From the IMG/VR virus record IMGVR_UViG_3300038466_000012, positions 1 to 41,602 of that record: a stretch of DNA of 41,602 nucleotides. One strand, given 5' to 3'. The DNA is from a virus. This document shows, piece by piece, positions 15,989 through 24,528 of the stretch (its first letter is position 1; every line of letters begins with the position of its first letter). The notes below the pieces were generated by a model. It was not told the DNA's origin, ran no database searches, and saw nothing but the letters and a program-made list of their open reading frames with translations. Position numbers and translations under genes: made by a program.

Positions 15989-17573
15989 ATATGCCGAGGA
16001 TTTTGAACTGCGGATCGGGGCAACGGATAAGACGGCAGGGGCTATCTCCAGCGTGCAACGGTCACTGGTGAAAATGGCTGCAGGGCTTGTCTCGGTAACG
16101 GCGGCAGCTACCGCGCTAAAATTCGCGTTCGGCGCTGCGATGGAAAGCGAGGCGGCCTTTAACGATCTGGCGGCGGCGGTGAAGCGCGCGGGTGCGTCGT
16201 GGAAGGCCGAGGAAAAATCACTCCGGGCCTTCACAACGCAGATGCAGATGCTTACGGCCACATCGGACGAATTGTCGGCGAGGTCACTACAATTGCTGCT
16301 TGATTATGGAATGAACATCAGTACGGCCATGCGCACGATGACCACTGCCGCCGATCTTGCCGCCGCGCGAAGTATTGATTTGAAAACCGCAGTTGATCTT
16401 CTTGGCAAAGCATACGTCGGGTTCACCGGGACATTGACTCGCTACGGCATTATCATCGACCAAACAATGTCACAATCTGAAAAGTTTGAGTCGGTCATGA
16501 AAAAGATTAACGAGACGATGGGGGGGGCTGCTGCCGAAAAGATGAAGGCGACGATCAGTCAATGGCAATTATTTAAGGAATTAATTGGTGATCTTGCAGA
16601 AAGTGCTGGGTCGGTAGCGACGGGGCCTGCAAATACCGGCTTAAAAAAATGGAATGATTTACTTTTTGCGATCAATAATGTTTCAGGTGGTTTAGAAAAA
16701 TTGAATATAATCATGTTCGCTGTTTTGGATAAGGTAATTACAGGAGGCATTGATTTTGAAAAATATGTGCAGCGGGTAAAAGATGAACAGCAAGCTCTTT
16801 TGGAAAAGGCAGAAGTCCAGCGGTTAGAAATCGAACTGCGTCAATTGAACGGCGAAGTCATCATGACCGCCGAGCAGGGTCTTGCACGGTTCAAACAACT
16901 TATCGGAGAAGAAAAAACTGAGACGCAAAAACTGATCGAGGAATTGCGGGCAAAAATTGCCCTACGAAAACAAGAGATTGCGGCCATCGATGATTATACG
17001 AAAAAACAGCAGGCCATGAATGTCGCTTTGGGGATCGAGGCAAGAGAGCGACATATTGGAACACCAGGACAACGGACCGGCCCAGCCATTTATGGATATG
17101 GCGAATTGGGAAATATGCATCAATACATTAATCAGGCAGCCGATGCCCTCGGCGAGGTGGAAGAAAAATTTAAAGATATCGACTATGCAACTCAGTCCTT
17201 TGCCGCATCCATCCAATCGGCTTTTGCCAGTCTCGGCGACGGCATTGTGGATATCCTTTGGGGTGTCGAGGACGCCTGGGATAACATCCTGAAGAATATG
17301 CTACAGGCATTCACGCGCACGCTGGCGCAAATGGCGATGAAGTACGCGGCCGCCTCGTTTCTCAATGTCCTGTTCCCCGGCGCGGGATTCCTGACTTCGG
17401 GACTCGGCCTGCTCGGCAAGACAGCGCCGGAGACTGCGACCAATGCGAAAATCACGCTCAATTTTAACGGCGATATCATTGGCGAAGAGTCCTACGTGCG
17501 CGAGCGCATGATCCCGCTGATCGAGGGCGCGTCCCGGCGCGGGTTCTCCGCCATTGCCTTGAAGGGATATTGA
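15981..17573 (+). CDS. Tape measure protein
   Basis: 530 aa, helical and Ala-rich. The N-terminal core ..AAFNDLAAAVKRAG..MNISTAMRTMTTAADLAAARSIDLKTAVDLLGKAY.. is typical of tape measure proteins. RBS GGAGGGAGA. Confidence 0.8.
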   Translation: MAKYAEDFELRIGATDKTAGAISSVQRSLVKMAAGLVSVTAAATALKFAFGAAMESEAAFNDLAAAVKRAGASWKAEEKSLRAFTTQMQMLTATSDELSARSLQLLLDYGMNISTAMRTMTTAADLAAARSIDLKTAVDLLGKAYVGFTGTLTRYGIIIDQTMSQSEKFESVMKKINETMGGAAAEKMKATISQWQLFKELIGDLAESAGSVATGPANTGLKKWNDLLFAINNVSGGLEKLNIIMFAVLDKVITGGIDFEKYVQRVKDEQQALLEKAEVQRLEIELRQLNGEVIMTAEQGLARFKQLIGEEKTETQKLIEELRAKIALRKQEIAAIDDYTKKQQAMNVALGIEARERHIGTPGQRTGPAIYGYGELGNMHQYINQAADALGEVEEKFKDIDYATQSFAASIQSAFASLGDGIVDILWGVEDAWDNILKNMLQAFTRTLAQMAMKYAAASFLNVLFPGAGFLTSGLGLLGKTAPETATNAKITLNFNGDIIGEESYVRERMIPLIEGASRRGFSAIALKGY

Positions 17574-18457
17574 TCGTGGCTGCTATTGGTACACGGTTCT
17601 GGTGTCCGACGACGTACCGGTCAAGGATGATCCTGACTGAGGCGACGCCGTTTAAGGGCAGTGAGCATGACCTGCTGGACTATAACCCGGCCACGTCGTA
17701 TATCAGCGCGGCCAAGACGACCAATACCGGCTACATTGATTATGACGTAAAAAACGATTTCAATTTCAATCAGTCGTTTATGGCGGCGTTCTTCCTCAAC
17801 ACTCACAATTACACTAACGACCTGGGCTTTCAAATATGGCGGTCGAACGATTACAATAATTGGGGCAGTGTGATTTATACGGATACTCTGGTGCGGAGCA
17901 CCTACAGCTTTCCTTTGTTGCTTTGCGACCTGTCCGGGCTGTCGGTTCCCGTCCCCTATATGCGATATTGGAAATACTACTGCTGGAACAACTACAGTCA
18001 GACGATTGACCTGGCTATGATTATGCTGGGCCGTATTTGGGACTTGGCGCCGCGTTGGGATTGGGGATCACCGGAAGGAACTGGATACCGCAACCTGGGG
18101 ACGACGACGTTCTCCGGGCGCAAGACGATCCGCCTCGGCAATGAGAACGGGCTGTTTGTCGCCGACCGCTCGTACGAGTATATTTCGACCACGGACATGG
18201 ATAAAATCCGTGGGGCCTGGGACGACACGAAGGGTGGGGCCTATCCGATGGTCATCACCGACGATATCCCTTCATCCGGCTGGAACGCGCATAGCGCAAC
18301 GTGTAATTCCAGCACGTCGCGGCTGGTGCGGTTCAACCATGAGCCGGACAGTAACGGCCTCGTGCGCCTGGGCGAGGTGCAGGTACAAAACGGATTATGG
18401 AATGTAACGATCCACCTGGCTGAGGTCGCATGGCCGGGCAATGGGATAATCGAGTAA
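17570..18457 (+). CDS. Distal tail protein (Dit)-like
   Basis: 295-aa ORF directly after the tape measure gene. The start is uncertain (TTG 17570, GTG 17576 or ATG 17627). The call is positional. Confidence 0.45.
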   Translation: MIVAAIGTRFWCPTTYRSRMILTEATPFKGSEHDLLDYNPATSYISAAKTTNTGYIDYDVKNDFNFNQSFMAAFFLNTHNYTNDLGFQIWRSNDYNNWGSVIYTDTLVRSTYSFPLLLCDLSGLSVPVPYMRYWKYYCWNNYSQTIDLAMIMLGRIWDLAPRWDWGSPEGTGYRNLGTTTFSGRKTIRLGNENGLFVADRSYEYISTTDMDKIRGAWDDTKGGAYPMVITDDIPSSGWNAHSATCNSSTSRLVRFNHEPDSNGLVRLGEVQVQNGLWNVTIHLAEVAWPGNGIIE

Positions 18458-18460
18458 GCG

Positions 18461-20905
18461 ATGCTGACGACAACTGGTGACTATAACGAATATGCGCGGC
18501 GCACTGTTGGCGGTGCGGTGTATGTGGTTACAATTCAATCTGCTTCTGGCATGTATGCGTTTGCTGATAGAGTAATTGCCAATTCCAGCGATACATTCAC
18601 TGTGGATGTGCTTGATTTAATTGTTGGGGATGTTGTTATTTCAGAAAAATGTGATATCATAAGCCGCACATGGGCTGATGCTGAGGCGACGTTTACCATA
18701 GATAACAGTCCTTTTTTTAGAGCTTCATCGTCGGCGGACGACGGGCGGCTGTTACGTCCATCGGATGTTTTGGGTGACTGTTATCAAAGGTCGTGCGCGA
18801 TATATTTATTAATTGGCGGGATAAGCGCGAGTGTCATCACGTTGTTCTCCGGGGTGATTAGTGAATATCCGGCAATAGATGAATCTGAGATGCAGTTTGT
18901 TGCTACGGTAAATGCAGCGGCATTAAACAAAAAAGTCCCGACCACGGTAATAACAAAGGCAACCTACCCCAATGCTCCCGTGTATTCGATCAACCGTACA
19001 ATGCCCCGCGTGTATGGGTATTTTTCGGAAGAGCAGTTTCTTAATCACGGCGGGTTAATTCCTTGTGAGCAGATCGATACCAATAAATGGGCGGTCTGCA
19101 GCTCCGGTCAGGGATTCAACAGCATTGATGCGGTTTGGGTTTACTGTGATGGGTTAGGGATGTGGGTCAAACTCTATGATGATTACACAACGTATTTATC
19201 GCCGACAGGTGTTAGTTGGGTGCGGCTGGATTATATCTATCCGAAGGCATATGCTTACATCTATCCCGATTCCGGGGTCGATAATAATACTGACACGCTG
19301 CCGAATACATTGTCGCCGAATATAACAGATCATCGTGGTCTGTATCTCCAGCCGGACGGCTATCAGACATACTATTCCATGACTGCCGGGAAAGGGCCTG
19401 GGATATCGACGACCGGCACAAAGGCGGCCCGGATCATTTTGCTTTGGACAAAAGTTTTTGAAAAAGATGACAACAGCGCCACTCTTTACGGGACAAAGAT
19501 CGGACAGATTATAACGCCGACATCTGAAACCGATTTAGAAAATACGGCAGCTTTAGAGTATCATTTCCATTTTGCAACAGGGAAATCAAATGCGGACAAC
19601 GGTACGTATGGGATGCAATTCTATACAGCATACTCTGCTGGGGTGTCTACCGCAAGTAACTTGTGGGAGGAGATATCTATTCAGCGGGCGCACGTTGTTG
19701 ATGCCGGGACTGTCTATTGGAAGCGGACATATCTTGACACATACCATTCAGCGCAGGATTTGGCCGAGCAATTACGCTGGCATTTTGGCGACGGTATGGT
19801 TGACAGTGCATGGTACGGTAATGCTTACGGGGTCGTATTTGCCTTTCAGGTTGCGGAAGCAGCATCAGACGGTACTGAGATTGGTCGGCTCTATGAAGCG
19901 CGGCTGCGCATACCATTTCGGATGAAGCTCGGTGCGCATCCATTCCCAATAATGGTTGGGCCGTACTATAAGTACAATGAGAATATCCGCGTTGCTGTAG
20001 AGTGTTCCGGGGTGAAATACTCTGCTTCTATGTTAAATGCTCCGCGACTTAATCCGAGCGGCCATACGACAAGCGAGGTGATAACGTCGCCGATATATAT
20101 TATTGAGGATATTCTCAAGAACGTGTGCAGTATGACGTATGATACCGCGTCATTTGACAACGCCGAAACATACCTGCCGGTGATTAATGGTTCGGCCCCG
20201 CGACGCATGTGCGCGCACATGGCGGTGCTACACGGGGAAAAGCAGAAGACGGCAAAGGAGTATATTATCGAACTGTTGCGGCAAATCCCTTACTCTATGA
20301 CCGTTAACGCTATCGGACGCCCGCGAATGATGACCATGACGGGGAACGCATTTCTGTATACAACGGCAACAGAAATTGCCGCCGCAGATATTGACCCGGC
20401 ATCGTTCATGATCGCCAAGACACCAAGTAGCGACGTGATCAATTCTCTTACCGTATCGCATATGCGGCGACCGCACGACGGACAAATGTCTTTTGTTCAC
20501 ACGCTCGATGATACGTCAAGTCAGTCAACCTATGGGATTCGGCAAATGGAGGGCGAGCTTGAGTGTGATTACATCGGCGGCGGTGGGAGTTATTACAACG
20601 ATTTTCTTTCGGCGACGGTGTTTAGAAATTGGTTGACTGATAAGCTGTTGTCATATTACAAGCACGGCAAATTTTTCTCTGCACCCAAGTACATCGTCGG
20701 CATGTTCCTCCCCGGCTGTAAGTGGATGCACCTGGAACTTGGGGACTATATTAAGATCGACCCGGCGATGGATGAGCACATGAAGTTGTTCGGCGTGTCG
20801 TGGGGGGACACGACGCATGACGCGAAGGCGTTTATGATCGTGGAGATCGTCAAAACTATACAGGGCGTGCGGATCGTCGCAATGGACCCGCTGGCCGATG
20901 TATAA
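18461..20905 (+). CDS. Tail tip / Tal-like large tail protein
   Basis: 814 aa, following the Dit-like gene. The 5' two-thirds have clearly lower GC than the flanks. Confidence 0.5.
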   Translation: MLTTTGDYNEYARRTVGGAVYVVTIQSASGMYAFADRVIANSSDTFTVDVLDLIVGDVVISEKCDIISRTWADAEATFTIDNSPFFRASSSADDGRLLRPSDVLGDCYQRSCAIYLLIGGISASVITLFSGVISEYPAIDESEMQFVATVNAAALNKKVPTTVITKATYPNAPVYSINRTMPRVYGYFSEEQFLNHGGLIPCEQIDTNKWAVCSSGQGFNSIDAVWVYCDGLGMWVKLYDDYTTYLSPTGVSWVRLDYIYPKAYAYIYPDSGVDNNTDTLPNTLSPNITDHRGLYLQPDGYQTYYSMTAGKGPGISTTGTKAARIILLWTKVFEKDDNSATLYGTKIGQIITPTSETDLENTAALEYHFHFATGKSNADNGTYGMQFYTAYSAGVSTASNLWEEISIQRAHVVDAGTVYWKRTYLDTYHSAQDLAEQLRWHFGDGMVDSAWYGNAYGVVFAFQVAEAASDGTEIGRLYEARLRIPFRMKLGAHPFPIMVGPYYKYNENIRVAVECSGVKYSASMLNAPRLNPSGHTTSEVITSPIYIIEDILKNVCSMTYDTASFDNAETYLPVINGSAPRRMCAHMAVLHGEKQKTAKEYIIELLRQIPYSMTVNAIGRPRMMTMTGNAFLYTTATEIAAADIDPASFMIAKTPSSDVINSLTVSHMRRPHDGQMSFVHTLDDTSSQSTYGIRQMEGELECDYIGGGGSYYNDFLSATVFRNWLTDKLLSYYKHGKFFSAPKYIVGMFLPGCKWMHLELGDYIKIDPAMDEHMKLFGVSWGDTTHDAKAFMIVEIVKTIQGVRIVAMDPLADV

Positions 20906-20928
20906 CCGAGGCCGCAGAAGGGGCAACG

Positions 20929-21180
20929 ATGGGCGCAGAAGTAGTTGCAACGATCACCGTGGTTGTGTTTCTCCTGGGGATACTGATCGGGAACCAGGCG
21001 ACGAAAGTCAATACGCTCAGTCTGACTTTGGACGGCAAGATCAATATGGTAAAGACCGATACGGACAAGCGCCTCTCGCAAGTCGAGGCGGATATGAAGG
21101 AATATCGGGGCAACATGGCGGCAATGGCTGCCGACATCCGGGAAATTAAAACGCTGGTCAGCCGGGAGTACAAAACATGA
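20929..21180 (+). CDS. Small N-terminally anchored coiled-coil membrane protein (paralogue 1)
   Basis: TM segment VVATITVVVFLLGILIG is followed by a coiled coil. It shares DGKINMVKT / DAKIDTVKT with the next gene. Confidence 0.6.
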   Translation: MGAEVVATITVVVFLLGILIGNQATKVNTLSLTLDGKINMVKTDTDKRLSQVEADMKEYRGNMAAMAADIREIKTLVSREYKT

Positions 21181-21560
21181 ACCCGCAGCAAAAGAAAACA
21201 AGCTTAAACCTGAATTGGGTAGCGACCGGCTTGATAACGATACTGGTGTTTATCGGCGGGGCATTAATCAATGCGCAAAACAAGCTGGATGATAAGATGG
21301 ACGCCAAGATCGACACGGTGAAAACTTTCCAAGACGCGAAGATTAAGGAATGCTTTACGGCGACAAAGGAGAACGCCGACAGCATTGTCGAGTTGAGGGT
21401 GGCGCAGGCGGAGATTCGGACTGAGATGAAGTATGCCAACGAGAAACTTGACCGGATATTGAACTACCTGGACATCCCGATTCCGCGACGGGTTCCGCCG
21501 GTGACCAATTTGCAGGGCCGGGCCAGTGCGGTAGATAGTACAGGAGATTCGATGCGATGA
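21177..21560 (+). CDS. Small N-terminally anchored coiled-coil membrane protein (paralogue 2)
   Basis: TM segment WVATGLITILVFIGGALI is followed by a coiled coil. ATGA overlaps join it to both neighbours. Confidence 0.6.
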   Translation: MNPQQKKTSLNLNWVATGLITILVFIGGALINAQNKLDDKMDAKIDTVKTFQDAKIKECFTATKENADSIVELRVAQAEIRTEMKYANEKLDRILNYLDIPIPRRVPPVTNLQGRASAVDSTGDSMR

Positions 21561-23944
21561 AGTGGTGTCTCACAATTCTCCTCTTGTTGTTCGCGGTCGA
21601 GGCGTGGGCGCAAGACCTTACGCCGTCGATCAATACCACGTCCTACGTCTGTGGGGCTGACGGTAGTTGGGATGACGGCTACTGTTGGGATATGCTGGAT
21701 ATTGTGGAGCAGTATATCGGCTGGTCGGATGGTTCGTTGAATTGTTCGACCGATCCCGATTGGGCCGATTCTGTTCGGGCGCACGGGGCCGGGATCAGGA
21801 TGTACAACTACGCGACGATCAAGGGGGCGTGGGCGCAACGATATGGGGACACGTCAGGATATTCCGTGGGCCGGTTGTTGTTTTTCCCGGCGACCATGCT
21901 CTATAATATCTGTGCCCGCCGCTGGCCGGACTCGGCGGGGAATATGTATGAGCGACTCCACGAACATTATCAGGACAGCGTTGTATTTATTCATGGCGCA
22001 AATTACGTCCTATGCCCTCCGGCCGATGAAGATGCCGACGGTTTGATTGAAGCCGTGGACAGTTGTGCGCGAGTGATTTATTACATCAACGAGTATGCGT
22101 ACAGCGCGGAGGAAGTCGGCTACCGGGGAACAACCTGCAAAAAGGCGACGGGCAAGGGGCGCGTTCTCTATGCCATGAATGAGCCGTGGCAGCGGGAAGT
22201 CATTGCGGAGTATTTTCAATTCGCCTGCACGACGACCAGCGTGACGTTCTATTGTGATGGTGGGCCGCCGTACGACATTTATCTGGACAATGCCGACCAT
22301 GGCAACTCGCAAGTCCGGGGACGGCAGGACGACGCCAGCGGGGATCAGTTGGGGTCAATCGCTTCGAGTTGGGAAGCTCCCGACGACAGCAACGATATTG
22401 CCACTGGCGATGACTGCAACTGGTCGCCGTGGAAACACCAGCAGATGATGATTACTCTACAGGTGATCCGCGATTCAGTTGAATCAATCGGTCATCGGCT
22501 GTCAATCAATGTCGTGTACGGTACGCCATTGTCATACTACTACGACGTAGATACCGGGAGCGGTAACCTGTTCAACCCGGCGCGAATCCAGTTGAATGAG
22601 GAACGCATGGGCAGTTACGGGATAATGACTGCAAATAATTATGCCGGGTTATATCTGCCGACGCGGGTTGCCGACATAGAATCATGCGCGGCCAAAAACA
22701 TCCCCGTCAATTGGGATTCGTGGAATATCGTTTATACCGGGACGGCCAGCACGGAGCCGACCGTGCCGACCGGGTTCACCGGGATCGCCGAGTACATGAA
22801 TTACAATTCAATGTGCGCCTACTATCTGGCAAAACCACAGGCGACTGCCGACGACACGTTGTTTTGGATGTCGTTTAACGTGTCGTCATGTTCGGTGTGT
22901 GACCCTGTGACGTTGTGGTCGGGGGGCCACTGGTCGGACGCGATGGGGATAGATGTTGGCGTTCCTGATGCGCCGATGTTCACGGCATATACCGGGCCAT
23001 GCGATGACGGGGTTGCTCGCGGGGTAGAACCGGACTTGACCCGCATCTTCCGCCGGGATTATAACGATACCGGCTTTATGGTCTTATACCAGCCGTGCTG
23101 GGAATACTCCGATCATCCATATAACGTTCTCGGCGATTCGGTCTATGTGACGTATGACCCGCTGGACGTGGATACGATGTGGATGTTGCTCGGCGACGGG
23201 ACGTATAGCGATCCGATGCTGTCGGTTGACCTGCCTATTGGCTGCGGGGTCGTGCTGTTGACTTCGGGGAGCAACGGCTATGTGCCGGAAGAATCCGGGG
23301 TGACGGCGGTTGTGTTCGGCGGGACCGGGGCGGATTCGTCACTACTGGATGACGGGTTTATCAGTTATTTCGAGCAGGATTCACTCTATGGGATAGATAC
23401 CCTGGGCAATTACTTACGGATGTACGCCCACAACGACGTATACCCGCCGCCGTTACACGTCTCTTTATTGATTCCAGATTTGACGACGCTCCGGGCAATT
23501 GACGACACCCTCGACCGGGCCGTGTGGTATGGTTACTTCCCGTCGGGACAAGTGAGCGCCGGGGATTATTTCACGGCGTACTGTCTTGAGACTGATATCA
23601 CCTGGGACAATGTGACGTTTCCTTCTCGCAATCGGCCAAAGTCGGGATCGTATTGGGCAGGCGGCGGAGACTTTTCCTATCTCGATTTGGCGGGGGGCGA
23701 CGATACGGCAGACTTCGACATGAACATCTCCATGCCGTGTAGTGATTCGCTTGTGATAACCGGGCTGATGCAAAAGCTGAAGGATTCGACAACCTACGAG
23801 GGAATAGTATTTTGGATGCAGGACGATGATGCTTACAATTATATTTATTCACGTCAGGTTGAACATCCCGACACGCCGGATTCAATCGTTGTCTGGTACA
23901 GCGCGGATGAAACGACTTCCCGCAAGGTGAGGGTGCGGCGATGA
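21557..23944 (+). CDS. Secreted 795-aa protein; possible TIM-barrel glycoside-hydrolase-like core and DNRLRE-like C-terminal domain
   Basis: Signal peptide MKWCLTILLLLFAVEAWA|QD. ..NEPWQREVIAEYF..YDIYLDNADHG.. resembles the GH114/GHL-type pattern. The C-terminus ..ITWDNVTFPSR..YSRQVEHPDTPDSIVVWYS resembles DNRLRE domains. Both domain calls are tentative. Confidence 0.55.
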   Translation: MKWCLTILLLLFAVEAWAQDLTPSINTTSYVCGADGSWDDGYCWDMLDIVEQYIGWSDGSLNCSTDPDWADSVRAHGAGIRMYNYATIKGAWAQRYGDTSGYSVGRLLFFPATMLYNICARRWPDSAGNMYERLHEHYQDSVVFIHGANYVLCPPADEDADGLIEAVDSCARVIYYINEYAYSAEEVGYRGTTCKKATGKGRVLYAMNEPWQREVIAEYFQFACTTTSVTFYCDGGPPYDIYLDNADHGNSQVRGRQDDASGDQLGSIASSWEAPDDSNDIATGDDCNWSPWKHQQMMITLQVIRDSVESIGHRLSINVVYGTPLSYYYDVDTGSGNLFNPARIQLNEERMGSYGIMTANNYAGLYLPTRVADIESCAAKNIPVNWDSWNIVYTGTASTEPTVPTGFTGIAEYMNYNSMCAYYLAKPQATADDTLFWMSFNVSSCSVCDPVTLWSGGHWSDAMGIDVGVPDAPMFTAYTGPCDDGVARGVEPDLTRIFRRDYNDTGFMVLYQPCWEYSDHPYNVLGDSVYVTYDPLDVDTMWMLLGDGTYSDPMLSVDLPIGCGVVLLTSGSNGYVPEESGVTAVVFGGTGADSSLLDDGFISYFEQDSLYGIDTLGNYLRMYAHNDVYPPPLHVSLLIPDLTTLRAIDDTLDRAVWYGYFPSGQVSAGDYFTAYCLETDITWDNVTFPSRNRPKSGSYWAGGGDFSYLDLAGGDDTADFDMNISMPCSDSLVITGLMQKLKDSTTYEGIVFWMQDDDAYNYIYSRQVEHPDTPDSIVVWYSADETTSRKVRVRR

Positions 23945-24528
23945 AGAAGCTCTTGCTGCTGTTGTTCCTGCTGGTGCCGTCGGTCGCCGGGGCGGAGGTG
24001 TTCGGGAAGCAGACCGTGGAAACTGCCGGGCGATTGTCGATTGAAGCGACAACGTGTTGGGGATCGTTTCATTGGTATGATGCTTCAGGTAAGCAGCTTG
24101 ACAGCTTGACCGTTTACATACAGAACGAGAGCGTGGCGCGGAATATTCGCGTTGCTTTATTCAAGCGGACTTCTTCGACGACGTGGACGCTGGTTGACTC
24201 CGCTATTGAGAAAAGCGTTCCGGTTGATACTGATTGGGTTTCATTCCCGGCAGTCAACAATGCGATATTAGAAAACGGTTGTTATCGTATTCAAGCATGG
24301 GCACAAGCGGGGACAAACGGTATCTACGTTGTCTATGGCACGGGGTCGGCTTTAACAGACTCGGTGACGAGTGTCGCATTCAGTGGGTATGATGGATATA
24401 ACTGGCCTGCTACGTTGTCCGTTGGCACGCCGTATTATTACGACATTTCAGCATACGCAACAATATCAGTTCCGCCGGAAGGATCAACGAGTTCACGTCG
24501 TCGTCGGATAATCGGAGGTTCACAATGA
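23941..24528 (+). CDS. Secreted 195-aa beta-rich protein
   Basis: Signal peptide MKKLLLLLFLLVPSVAGA|EV. ATGA overlaps at both ends. Confidence 0.6.
   Translation: MKKLLLLLFLLVPSVAGAEVFGKQTVETAGRLSIEATTCWGSFHWYDASGKQLDSLTVYIQNESVARNIRVALFKRTSSTTWTLVDSAIEKSVPVDTDWVSFPAVNNAILENGCYRIQAWAQAGTNGIYVVYGTGSALTDSVTSVAFSGYDGYNWPATLSVGTPYYYDISAYATISVPPEGSTSSRRRRIIGGSQ

Noticed and set aside
15572-16261. 229-aa minus-strand ORF
   Set aside because: It is antisense to the chaperone-T and tape measure genes, with an Ala/Ser/Arg-rich shadow composition and no RBS context.
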